DNA of 64,000 nucleotides, taken from positions 2,151 to 66,150 of the forward strand of contig RDZH01000016.1 in the NCBI GenBank assembly GCA_004293935.1. The letters run 5' to 3'. Positions within the stretch are counted from its first letter, which is position 1. Every line of letters starts with the position of its first letter. Positions 39,792 through 49,372 of the stretch are shown piece after piece. Made by a program: the position numbers and the translations under genes. The notes under the pieces are model-generated. The model was not told the DNA's origin. It worked only from the letters and a program-made list of their open reading frames with translations, and ran no database searches. This stretch comes from Alphaproteobacteria bacterium (GTDB lineage Bacteria > Pseudomonadota > Alphaproteobacteria > Rickettsiales > UBA998).

Positions 39792-41411
39792 ATGAATACA
39801 CTCGTTCAATCATTTGGTGATGTTAGCAAACTCAAAATTGGTGCAATGATTGCAGTTTCTGTTTTGATGATTGCCTTTTTTGTGCTTCTTGCGACCAATG
39901 CAACCTCCCCTTCTATGGCTCCTATCTATACGAATCTTTCATTGGAAGATAGCTCAGAGATTGTTGCGGAATTGGAACAGATGGGTGTACCCTATGATCT
40001 CAGCGTCGGCGGCAAACAGATTTTAGTTGCTGGCGATAAAGTGGAAGAATTGCGCGTAAAAATGGCAGGCAAAGGGCTTCCAAGCGATGGTTCTGGCATG
40101 GGCTACGAGATTTTTGACAATACCGATGCCATGGGAACATCTAATTTCATTCTCAATGTCAATAAAGTGCGGGCATTGGAAGGCGAATTAGCGCGTACCA
40201 TTGGTTCAATTAAAAAGATCAATTCTGCGCGTGTGCATTTAGTCATTCCGAAGCGTGAATTATTTACCCGTGAACGTCGTGAACCCACTGCATCGGTTGT
40301 CTTAAACATCCGTGGCAACCAAGAATTGGATAAGCAAGAAATTGCTGCCATTCAACATTTAGTTGCAACCAGCGTGACAGGATTAAAACCAACACGCATT
40401 ACGATTGTTGATGATCAAGGAAGAATGTTGGCACGTGGCGTTGAAGATGAGAATGATCCTGAACTGATTGCCTCCAAAGCGCAAGATTACCGTGCCAATT
40501 TTGAGAAAAAACTTGAACAAACCATCCTTGCCTTGCTTGAGCGTTCTGTGGGTGTTGATAAAGCACAAGTTGAGGTGAATGCAGATATTGATTTTGATCG
40601 CATTGTTACCAATGAAGAACTCTATGATCCTGAAGGGCAAGTGGCGCGTTCCGTACAAAGCATCGAAGAAGTGGAACAAGAGCAAGAAAAAGACCTCAAA
40701 GAAGATGTTTCTGTGCAGAATAATCTTCCCGATCAAGACCCGCAAAATGCAGGTTCAAACAATTCCCGCAATTTGCAACGTACCGATGAAACAACCAACT
40801 TTGAAATTTCTAAAACAGTACGCAATCACATTAAAGAGACAGGCAATGTCAAACGTTTAAGTGTGGCTGTATTGGTGGATGGTGTGTACACCACCAATGA
40901 AGAGGGCGTCACAACCTATGCCCCACGCAGCGAAGAAGAACTTGCAAAATTAGAAACATTGGTACGTTCCTCTGTCGGCTATGATGCGAATCGTGGTGAT
41001 GTTGTTGAAGTCGTCAATATGGAGTTTGCAGGAACTGTCAAACCAGAGGAAGAATCTCCGTTTGATTGGTTGATGCGTGACTTTAATTCTGTGGTACAGA
41101 CTTTAGTATTAGCAGGTATCGCGCTTCTTGTGATTCTGCAAGTCATCAAACCATTAGTGAACAAAGCCATTGCGCAAACATCAGAAGAAGATGAAGATGA
41201 TGAAGAATTGCAACGCTTGCTTGCTTCTTCAGGGATTGCAGGGCAGTTGGCTGACCTCACGGGCGATGATGATGATAGCCTCATCTCGATTGATAAAATT
41301 GCAGGTGGCGTGAAATCTTCCGTCTATCGTAAAATTAATGAGCTTCTTGAGCATCACCCAGAAGAAAGTTTGGGAGTTCTTCGTTCATGGGCGTTTGAAG
41401 TCAATGATTAA
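39792..41411 (+). CDS. fliF: Flagellar M-ring protein FliF
   Basis: The YscJ/FliF N-domain (LY.NLS..D...IV..L...GV.Y, ARVHLV.P), two TM segments and an acidic C-terminus are present. The start at ATG 39792 is preceded by GAGGA. Confidence 0.92.
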   Translation: MNTLVQSFGDVSKLKIGAMIAVSVLMIAFFVLLATNATSPSMAPIYTNLSLEDSSEIVAELEQMGVPYDLSVGGKQILVAGDKVEELRVKMAGKGLPSDGSGMGYEIFDNTDAMGTSNFILNVNKVRALEGELARTIGSIKKINSARVHLVIPKRELFTRERREPTASVVLNIRGNQELDKQEIAAIQHLVATSVTGLKPTRITIVDDQGRMLARGVEDENDPELIASKAQDYRANFEKKLEQTILALLERSVGVDKAQVEVNADIDFDRIVTNEELYDPEGQVARSVQSIEEVEQEQEKDLKEDVSVQNNLPDQDPQNAGSNNSRNLQRTDETTNFEISKTVRNHIKETGNVKRLSVAVLVDGVYTTNEEGVTTYAPRSEEELAKLETLVRSSVGYDANRGDVVEVVNMEFAGTVKPEEESPFDWLMRDFNSVVQTLVLAGIALLVILQVIKPLVNKAIAQTSEEDEDDEELQRLLASSGIAGQLADLTGDDDDSLISIDKIAGGVKSSVYRKINELLEHHPEESLGVLRSWAFEVND

Positions 41412-41513
41412 TTAACTCTTTTGTGATGAATAGCACGTTATAATAAGCATACGATTTTATTCGTATGATGAACAACAACACGGCAAACAATGCTAAACAG
41501 GTGAGTTTTAACT

Positions 41514-42539
41514 ATGGCTAAGACAATTACCAAAGATGATTATCGCACCCTTACAGGGTTACAAAAGACCGCTATTCTTCTTATGTCCGCAGGTGAAGAA
41601 AGTATTTCCAAACTTTTTAGCATGATGGATGATGAGGAAATAAAGGATATTTCCAACGCCATGGCAAATCTTGGCAAGGTCGATTCGGAATGCGTGGAAC
41701 GCTTATTCCTTGAATTTAGCGAAGAAATGAGTGCCGCAGGTGTCTTGATTGGATCATATGATTCTACCCAACGCCTTCTCACCAAAGCACTTGGGCGCGA
41801 GCGTGTTGATTCTATTATGGATGAGATTCGTGGTCCTGCTGGTCGTACCACATGGGATAAACTTGCTAATGTCAATGAGGAAGTGCTTGCCGCATTCCTC
41901 AAAAACGAATATCCACAAACCATCGCACTTATTATATCAAAGATTCGTCCTGATCATGCTGCTAAAGTATTGAGTGTACTTCCTGAAGAATTAGCAGTGG
42001 AAGTCATCAATCGTATGTTGACAATGGATTCCGTGAAGAAAGAAGTCATTGAGGGGATTGAACGCACCTTGCGTCATGAATTTATGAGCAATATCGCAAA
42101 AACGCAACGTCGTGATAGCTATGAAATGATGGCGGATATTTTCAATAATTTTGATCGCGCCACCGAAGGGCGGTTTATGTCGCACCTTGAACATGAAACC
42201 CCTGAATCCGCTGAGCGCATCCGCAATTTGATGTTCACGTTTGAAGATTTGATCAAAATCGATATGTCGGGCATTCAAACCGTATTGCGTAATTTAGATA
42301 AAGAAAAACTTGCGCTTGCACTCAAAGGGGCATCCGATGAGTTAAAAGAATTGTTCTTCAAAAACATGTCGGAACGTGCTTCTAAAATCTTGCTTGAAGA
42401 TATGGAATCGATGGGGCCAGTACGCTTAAAAGATGTCGATGAAGCGCAAATGTATGTCGTGAATGTCGCCAAAGAATTATCAAATAAAGGAGAGATTACG
42501 ATTGCTGAAGCCGGTGGCGAAGAGCAGTTGGTCTATTAA
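41514..42539 (+). CDS. fliG: Flagellar motor switch protein FliG
   Basis: LTG.QK.AILL..LGE, EYPQTIALI and the C-terminal torque-helix region (MSERA...L.ED) are present. Confidence 0.95.
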   Translation: MAKTITKDDYRTLTGLQKTAILLMSAGEESISKLFSMMDDEEIKDISNAMANLGKVDSECVERLFLEFSEEMSAAGVLIGSYDSTQRLLTKALGRERVDSIMDEIRGPAGRTTWDKLANVNEEVLAAFLKNEYPQTIALIISKIRPDHAAKVLSVLPEELAVEVINRMLTMDSVKKEVIEGIERTLRHEFMSNIAKTQRRDSYEMMADIFNNFDRATEGRFMSHLEHETPESAERIRNLMFTFEDLIKIDMSGIQTVLRNLDKEKLALALKGASDELKELFFKNMSERASKILLEDMESMGPVRLKDVDEAQMYVVNVAKELSNKGEITIAEAGGEEQLVY

Positions 42540-43414
42540 TGCCTATGTCACATTTAGCACAAAGTATGTTTATGCAACCCAAACCTCCCACTCCTATCAA
42601 ACGGTTTGATTTCTTTAATCTTCGGGATTTCACCTCTCCCACCCGTGAGCCGTTGCTCATTACCGAACAGATTGTTGAACAAGCCGCTCCGCCACCGCCT
42701 CCACCTCCTCCAACATTCTCAGAAGAACAATTAGAACGTGTCAAAACAGAATCCTATGCCGCAGGTATTGCCGAAGGAATGCGTCAGGCAGAACATCAAA
42801 GTGCGCAAACACAGATTGAAACAGAGCAGAATCATCTACGCATGATGAACCAGCTTGCTACAGCATTGGCAGGAGCATCGGAGCATTTTTCACAGCACGT
42901 ACAAAGCCAACATCAGCAATTATTAGCTTTGGCAACGGGTCTCTCGGTAAAACTCGCTGCCCATGCTTTGATGGAAAATTATGAAACAGTTCTTGAACGC
43001 ATGTTGCACGATACACTCCCCTCATTGCTTTCTATGCCAAGCCTACAAATTATTGTGCATGAAAGCGCGCAAGAAGCAACACACGGCATGATGCGTCGCC
43101 TTGCGGAAGAATATGGCTATCAAGGAACATATCAGATTACCACCTCAATCACGATGTTGGCGGGAGATATGCGCATAGAATGGATGCATGGCACTGCGGA
43201 TCGTAGCTTAGAGCAAATGATCGAATCCGTTGCTTCTGTATTGCCACTTCCCAATATTCGTATTCCCGAACCCATTATGCCGATTCGTGTGCGCAGTGAC
43301 CTTCCTCGAGAAGAATCCTATCTGCACGAAACCAGCACAGACGAACATACGCATCCCGCGAGTGACCTGCATCAACGTATGCTTGCCTTACGGGCGCGTA
43401 AAACATCAACATAA
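42539..43414 (+). CDS. fliH: FliH/FlbE-like flagellar export regulator (tentative)
   Basis: It sits between fliG and fliN, as in the Caulobacter-type fliF operon. A FliH-like AYAAGIAEGMRQAE helix is present. The N-terminus carries a P8 tract. Overall similarity is weak. Confidence 0.5.
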   Translation: MPMSHLAQSMFMQPKPPTPIKRFDFFNLRDFTSPTREPLLITEQIVEQAAPPPPPPPPTFSEEQLERVKTESYAAGIAEGMRQAEHQSAQTQIETEQNHLRMMNQLATALAGASEHFSQHVQSQHQQLLALATGLSVKLAAHALMENYETVLERMLHDTLPSLLSMPSLQIIVHESAQEATHGMMRRLAEEYGYQGTYQITTSITMLAGDMRIEWMHGTADRSLEQMIESVASVLPLPNIRIPEPIMPIRVRSDLPREESYLHETSTDEHTHPASDLHQRMLALRARKTST

Positions 43415-43447
43415 CCCCTTCACCATCATTATATTAAGGAGTAATTT

Positions 43448-43741
43448 ATGGCAGATTTTGATCAATTAGCAGGTGATTTGCTGGATGCAGACGATAATCT
43501 ATCGCTCGATGCGGTGCAGGATATTCCTGTGCAGGTATCCGTTGTGCTTGGTAAAGCCACGATGCAGGTGCAGCAGTTGCTAAAATTGGGGCGCGGTGCT
43601 GTGATTGAGCTAAACAAAAAAATCGGTGAACCAGTTGATATTTATATCAATTCACGCTTAGTCGCACGCGGTGAAGTCGTTGTTGTGGAAGATCGTGTAG
43701 GCGTGACGATGACGGAAATCATCAAAGGGGATAAAAAATAA
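43448..43741 (+). CDS. fliN: Flagellar motor switch protein FliN
   Basis: The 97-aa SpoA domain is present: IPV.VSVVLG...M.V..LL.L..G.VIEL......PVDI..N..L.A.GEVVVV. Confidence 0.93.
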   Translation: MADFDQLAGDLLDADDNLSLDAVQDIPVQVSVVLGKATMQVQQLLKLGRGAVIELNKKIGEPVDIYINSRLVARGEVVVVEDRVGVTMTEIIKGDKK

Positions 43742-43783
43742 TCTCTACAGTTTGTACCATTTATCTAATAAGGAATGATAGCC

Positions 43784-45139
43784 ATGCGCGTTATGATCGT
43801 TGGAACTATGCACCCGCAGCTTAGTGCTGCCACCACCATTGCGGCAGCGCGAGGAGCAAAAGTAACGCATTGTGTTGATACCGCCACCGCCCTTAATGCG
43901 CTGTGTGATGGTAAGGGCGCAGATATGATTATGGTTGATGTCCATGAAGATATTGCCAGCTTCATTCATGCCCTACGCTCTGAACGCATTGCCGCCCCTG
44001 TCATTGCATGTGGGGCAGTCCATGACAAAGAGGCAGCAGTGAATGCCATTCGGGCGGGAGCAAAAGAATATATCCCCCTTCCCCCTGATGAAGATTTAAT
44101 TGCCGCCGTGTTGGAATCCTACGCGCAAGAACAACATTCCGTCTTGTTCCGTTCGGATGTCATGAAAAGCATCATCACGATGGCGGATCAAGTCGCTAAA
44201 TCTGATGCTTCTGTCTTGATTACGGGTGATTCTGGTACAGGAAAAGAAGTCATTGCGCACTATCTTCATGCCCAAAGTCGACGCACAGAACGCCCGTTTA
44301 TTTCCGTGAATTGTGCTGCTATTCCTGAGAATTTACTTGAATCGGAATTATTTGGTCATGAAAAAGGAGCATTTACAGGCGCGCTGAATCGTCGCGTCGG
44401 TAAATTTGAAGAGGCAGATAGGGGGACGTTGCTCCTTGATGAAATTAGCGAGATGGATCTGCGCTTGCAGGCTAAATTACTCCGTGCCTTACAAGAGCGT
44501 GAAATTGATCGCGTGGGTGGTACAAAGCCTGTTAAAATTGATATTCGTGTCATTGCCACTTCCAACCGTAATATGCTGGATGCGATCCGCAAAGGAACAT
44601 TCCGTGAAGATTTATATTATCGTCTTAATGTGATTCATCTGATGTTGCCACCATTGCGCGAACGCGGAGAAGATACCTTAGTCCTTGCCGAGCATTTTAT
44701 TCAGAAATACTCCCAAAATAACGGTATCAAAGCGCGCTTATTAACAGATGCTGCCAAAGATAAATTGCTCGCCTATCATTGGCCGGGCAATGTCCGTGAA
44801 TTAGAAAACACCATGCATCGCGCCGTGCTTATGGCACGTGGTGATGAGATTGACCATGATGCACTGCAACTTGTTTCGGCAACTTTGATTCCTTTTCCGC
44901 AACCTGCACCAAAGACAGCCCCCATCAATGATGAGGATGACGACTCTCCCGATGTTGGCAATTTAGTCGGACGCACGGTAGCAGAAGTCGAAAAAGAATT
45001 GATTTTGCAAACACTGGATCATTGCCTTGGCAACCGCACCCACGCTGCGAATATTTTAGGTATTTCCATTCGCACCTTGCGTAATAAATTGCGCCTCTAT
45101 GAAGGCATAGATTTTCATCCCACTATGATGCATGAATAA
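43784..45139 (+). CDS. flbD: Sigma54-dependent flagellar transcriptional activator FlbD
   Basis: The AAA+ core has GDSGTGKE, GAFTGA, ESELFGHEKGAF and the C-terminal Fis-type HTH (AA..LGISIRTLRNKL). The receiver-like N-domain lacks the acidic DD pocket after beta1 (VMIVGTMHP). Confidence 0.88.
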   Translation: MRVMIVGTMHPQLSAATTIAAARGAKVTHCVDTATALNALCDGKGADMIMVDVHEDIASFIHALRSERIAAPVIACGAVHDKEAAVNAIRAGAKEYIPLPPDEDLIAAVLESYAQEQHSVLFRSDVMKSIITMADQVAKSDASVLITGDSGTGKEVIAHYLHAQSRRTERPFISVNCAAIPENLLESELFGHEKGAFTGALNRRVGKFEEADRGTLLLDEISEMDLRLQAKLLRALQEREIDRVGGTKPVKIDIRVIATSNRNMLDAIRKGTFREDLYYRLNVIHLMLPPLRERGEDTLVLAEHFIQKYSQNNGIKARLLTDAAKDKLLAYHWPGNVRELENTMHRAVLMARGDEIDHDALQLVSATLIPFPQPAPKTAPINDEDDDSPDVGNLVGRTVAEVEKELILQTLDHCLGNRTHAANILGISIRTLRNKLRLYEGIDFHPTMMHE

Positions 45140-45152
45140 GTAGGAACAAATT

Positions 45153-47333
45153 ATGGCATCCCCCGCACGCACTGCTGCTCCACAAAATTTTACCATGAAT
45201 CGTGCCAAGGGCGCGTTCAATTCCGCCATACGGCGTAAAGATATATTCTTTGCTCTTGCTGTGGTTGGCATCCTCGTGATTTTAATGGTTCCCGTTCCCC
45301 CCATGTTGCTGGATTTATTGCTTGGCATTTCCATCACGCTTTCCGTGTTGATTTTAATGACGGTATTATTCGTGGAAAAACCGCTTGGACTCAGTTCATT
45401 CCCCACGATTCTCCTTCTTGCCACCATGTTACGCCTATCCTTAAACATTGCTTCCACACGATTAATTTTAACCGAAGGGCATTCAGGCACGGCATCAGCG
45501 GGGCAAGTGATTGAAGCATTCGGTCATTATGTGATGGGCGGACAGCTTGGCATTGGTATCATTATTTTCTGTATTCTCACCATCATCAATTTTGTGGTGA
45601 TTACCAAAGGTTCGGGGCGTATTGCAGAAGTATCGGCACGTTTTAGCTTAGACGCTATGCCGGGAAAACAAATGGCGATTGATGCCGATCTTTCTGCAGG
45701 ATTGATCGATGAGGATCAAGCGAAAGAACGCCGTCGTGATTTGGAAGATGAAAGCACATTTTATGGTTCTATGGATGGTGCATCGAAGTTTGTACGCGGT
45801 GATGCCGTAGCAGGTTTGCTTATTACGGGATTCAATTTGATTGGGGGGATCACTATTGGGATCATGACCCACAATCTAAGTTTCAGCGAAGCATCCGAGA
45901 CCTATACGATCCTTACTATCGGAGACGGACTCGTATCACAAATCCCTGCCCTTATCGTATCCACGGCAGCGGGTATGTTGGTAACCAAAGCAGGGGTGCG
46001 CGGTTCATCCGAAAAAGCGGTACTTGGGCAGTTGCAAGAATTCCCTGCTGCTTTAGGCTTGACTTCGTTCTTGGCTTTTGTCATTGGAACGTTACCGGGT
46101 ATGCCAGCAGCACCTTTCTTCGCGCTTGCTGCGATCTTAGCATATATTACCTATGTGCAGTTAAAAATCAAAAAAGAGGGCAAAGCCGCACAACAAAATC
46201 AAGGCGCGACCAAACGTATTGGCGGTGGCGCGGGCGGTGGGCTTATCGCTGCAGGTGGAGATGGCTCACAAGCAGACGGCGCGCACGCAGGATCAGCCAG
46301 TGAGAATATGGCAACCATCTTGCAAATTGATACGATTCGCCTTGAGTTAGGTTATGGCTTATTGCCACTCATCAACTATCAAAAAGGGCATCGCTTAACC
46401 GAGCAAATCAAAGCCTTACGCAAACAAGTTGCCCGTGATCTTGGGTTAATTATGCCCTCCGTGCGTATTCAAGATAATATGCAGCTTCCTGCTAATACGT
46501 ATGTTTTGAAAGTCAAAGAAATGGAAGCAGCACGTGGGGTGATTCGCCCTGATATGTTGTTGGTGATGGATCCGAGTGGCAATAAAATCACCCTCCCCGG
46601 TGAAGAAACGGTTGAACCTACCTTCGGTTTACCCGCCATGTGGATTACCGATCAATATCGTGAAGAAGCCTTATTCCGCAATTTAACGGTCGTTGATCCG
46701 CCCACCGTCATCACGACGCACCTTACGGAAGTGATTAAAGAAAATATTTCCGATCTACTTTCTTATACAGAAACACAAAAACTTCTGGATGAGCAAGGCA
46801 AGGATCAGCAAAAATTGATTGCAGAAACTATTCCATCGCAAATATCCGTCAGTGGCGTACAACGCATCTTGCAAAATCTTCTGCGTGAGCATGTATCCAT
46901 CCGTGATATACCTGCTATCTTGGAAGCGATTGCTGAATCTTCTGCCAACAATCAAAACCTCACCTTGATCACGGAGCATGTGCGCGCCCGCTTGTCGCGT
47001 CAGATATGTTTCTCAACGCTTGATCATGAAGGATTGATGCCCGTACTCGCCATGTCGCCACAATGGGAACAAATCTTTGTGGATTCCCTCAGTGGGGAGA
47101 ATGGTGAAAAACATGTACGCATGGCACCGAGCAAGATTCAAGAATTCATGACGAGTGTGCGCACCACTTTTGATAAACATTCGATGCAAGGGCATAATCC
47201 AGTGCTGTTGGTAAGCCCTGTGATTCGCCCCTATGTGCGTTCCGTGATTGAGCGTTTTCGCCCTAACACCACGGTATTGTCACAAAATGAGGTACATCCG
47301 CGTGTACGCTTAAAAACGCTTGGGCAACTCTAA
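45153..47333 (+). CDS. flhA: Flagellar type III export gate protein FlhA
   Basis: FHIPEP-family motifs are present (FPT.LL..T..RL.LN.ASTR.IL, GS.R.AEV.ARF.LDAMPGKQMAID.DL). The 726-aa protein has a Gly-rich linker insertion. Confidence 0.96.
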   Translation: MASPARTAAPQNFTMNRAKGAFNSAIRRKDIFFALAVVGILVILMVPVPPMLLDLLLGISITLSVLILMTVLFVEKPLGLSSFPTILLLATMLRLSLNIASTRLILTEGHSGTASAGQVIEAFGHYVMGGQLGIGIIIFCILTIINFVVITKGSGRIAEVSARFSLDAMPGKQMAIDADLSAGLIDEDQAKERRRDLEDESTFYGSMDGASKFVRGDAVAGLLITGFNLIGGITIGIMTHNLSFSEASETYTILTIGDGLVSQIPALIVSTAAGMLVTKAGVRGSSEKAVLGQLQEFPAALGLTSFLAFVIGTLPGMPAAPFFALAAILAYITYVQLKIKKEGKAAQQNQGATKRIGGGAGGGLIAAGGDGSQADGAHAGSASENMATILQIDTIRLELGYGLLPLINYQKGHRLTEQIKALRKQVARDLGLIMPSVRIQDNMQLPANTYVLKVKEMEAARGVIRPDMLLVMDPSGNKITLPGEETVEPTFGLPAMWITDQYREEALFRNLTVVDPPTVITTHLTEVIKENISDLLSYTETQKLLDEQGKDQQKLIAETIPSQISVSGVQRILQNLLREHVSIRDIPAILEAIAESSANNQNLTLITEHVRARLSRQICFSTLDHEGLMPVLAMSPQWEQIFVDSLSGENGEKHVRMAPSKIQEFMTSVRTTFDKHSMQGHNPVLLVSPVIRPYVRSVIERFRPNTTVLSQNEVHPRVRLKTLGQL

Positions 47334-47351
47334 TATAAGGAAGATATTTCT

Positions 47352-48515
47352 GTGAAAATGCGCAATTTTACTGCGAGTACCATTACTCTTGCTATTGAGC
47401 AGGTACGCGAAACATTAGGGGAAGATGCCATCATTCTTTCCACACGTCACGACCCTGAGCATGGGGTGCATGTCACTGCTGCGTGCGATGATCGCATCAA
47501 TGATGATGATGATGATGATACCCACCCCGCAACGCAACAATGGTTTACGGCACTCAATGCCAAGCACACTGATGTCGTTCCCATTAATCCACAGCATGAA
47601 GAGCCTCCAGAGAAACCTTCTGTGCGCGAACATCCCTTTGCCCATTTTGAATATGTACCACCACCGAGTGATAATATAGCGAATGATGTCCGTGCGGAAA
47701 CTATCTATTCAGGGGAAGTGCAGCCAGAGATTGTAGCGTCCATTTCGCAAATTCTGCACTATCATGGTGTGGATAATGTGACCATGCAGCATATGATGCG
47801 CACACTCTCTAGCTTAAGCCAACTTGATATACAAACACATCCGCATTATTCCAGCATGGCGGAGCGTTGGATGGATGCTCTCATGGCAGCAAGTTTTCCT
47901 CCGCTTCCCCTGCCTTTGCGTCATGATAGCGGACGTTATTTATTCATCGGCGCATCGGGCGTTGGCAAAACACTCACGACCGCGAAAATAGCTTCCTATT
48001 GTGTTAAACATCGCCGCCCCGTGCATGTCATTAGCACCGATAATAAACGTGCAGGTGGCGTAGAACAGCTCGCTGCTATCACGGATATTTTAGGGATCAC
48101 GCTGCAAGTAGCGGATAATAAACTAGCTCTTGCACGTATGCTTTCTGATATTCCTCTAGCGGAGACGGTACTCATCGATAGTTCGGGGATTAATCCTTAT
48201 GATGTCTATGAAGTGCGGGAGCTTGGGCATTATACCCACATGATCGAAGTCACGCCCATTTTAGTGATGCCCGCAGGTACAGACCCTTATGAAGCTCCAC
48301 ATCATGCGCGTGCCTTTGCTGATTTAGGCGCGAAACATGCGATTGTCACCCGTATTGATACGGCGCGTCGTTTTGGTAGCATCTTAAACGCAGCATACGC
48401 GGCAAAGTTGCAATTTTCGCATATGACCGCAAGCGAAAAGATTTTAGGTAGTCTTGATGTATGCAGTTCTGAATATTTAACGAGATTGATTATGGACTAT
48501 CCGTGCGAATCATAG
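47352..48515 (+). CDS. flhF: Flagellar biosynthesis SRP-type GTPase FlhF (divergent G motifs)
   Basis: The N-terminus is MKMRNF.A.....A...VRE.LG.DAIILS, and G1 is GASGVGKTLTTAKIA. G3 is DSSG rather than DTAG. G4 is TRID rather than TKLD. The B-domain contains a D6 run. The start is GTG. Confidence 0.8.
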   Translation: MKMRNFTASTITLAIEQVRETLGEDAIILSTRHDPEHGVHVTAACDDRINDDDDDDTHPATQQWFTALNAKHTDVVPINPQHEEPPEKPSVREHPFAHFEYVPPPSDNIANDVRAETIYSGEVQPEIVASISQILHYHGVDNVTMQHMMRTLSSLSQLDIQTHPHYSSMAERWMDALMAASFPPLPLPLRHDSGRYLFIGASGVGKTLTTAKIASYCVKHRRPVHVISTDNKRAGGVEQLAAITDILGITLQVADNKLALARMLSDIPLAETVLIDSSGINPYDVYEVRELGHYTHMIEVTPILVMPAGTDPYEAPHHARAFADLGAKHAIVTRIDTARRFGSILNAAYAAKLQFSHMTASEKILGSLDVCSSEYLTRLIMDYPCES

Positions 48516-48570
48516 TATAGTCTGTTTAATTTTGATACATATTTTACCCCTAAAAGAGTTTTTCACTTCC

Positions 48571-49353
48571 ATGTTCACGTCTCAAGAACCAAGCAAAAAT
48601 AATATCATTGCGATCGCTTCAGGTAAAGGCGGGGTTGGAAAGACGTGGCTATCCATTACACTTGCCCATTTATTTACCCGTTCAGGACGGCGTATCTTAC
48701 TCATTGATGGGGATATTGGGCTTGCGAATGTTGATGTGCAGCTTGGGATTGCTCCTACTAAAGATTTAACCGATGTGTTACGTCATCAACTGCCTTTGAA
48801 AGATGCTATCACGCACTATCATGTAGGTTTTGATGTCATTGCGGGACGATCAGGTTCAACCAGCCTTGCCAATCTATCCCCCGAAAAATTATTGGGACTC
48901 AAGAAAGACATCCACAATATTGCCCATCATTATGATTATGTGATCTTGGATCTTGGTGCAGGCATTGAGCATTATGTGCAGTTTCTTGCATCCCTCGCGG
49001 CGCGGTGCGTTGTTGTACTCACCGATGAACCTACCTCCCTCACCGATGCCTATGCCTTTGTGAAATTATGCTCTACTAAATTGAACAAAACGGAATTATC
49101 CGTTGTGGTGAATCAGGCTGCGACCCAAAAAGATGGTGAACGCGCCTATGATGCCTTGAACAAAGCATGTTCCAATTTTTTAGGCACAAGCCCTTCCTTG
49201 CTTGGTGTCATACGTCGGGATAATAAAGTACGTGATGCCATAAGAGCGCAATCACCCTTGGTAGAAAAATCTCCCCACACCACCGCTGCCACTGATGCGG
49301 CGGCAATCTCCATTAAGTTATTGCAACGCATGTGCGTCCCCGTCAGTGGATAA
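48571..49353 (+). CDS. flhG: MinD/ParA-family ATPase FlhG (FleN/MotR)
   Basis: The deviant Walker A is IASGKGGVGKTW, followed by LLIDGDIGLANVDV. It lies directly downstream of flhF. Confidence 0.85.
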   Translation: MFTSQEPSKNNIIAIASGKGGVGKTWLSITLAHLFTRSGRRILLIDGDIGLANVDVQLGIAPTKDLTDVLRHQLPLKDAITHYHVGFDVIAGRSGSTSLANLSPEKLLGLKKDIHNIAHHYDYVILDLGAGIEHYVQFLASLAARCVVVLTDEPTSLTDAYAFVKLCSTKLNKTELSVVVNQAATQKDGERAYDALNKACSNFLGTSPSLLGVIRRDNKVRDAIRAQSPLVEKSPHTTAATDAAAISIKLLQRMCVPVSG

Positions 49354-49372
49354 CGCATAAAAAGAGGGCATT

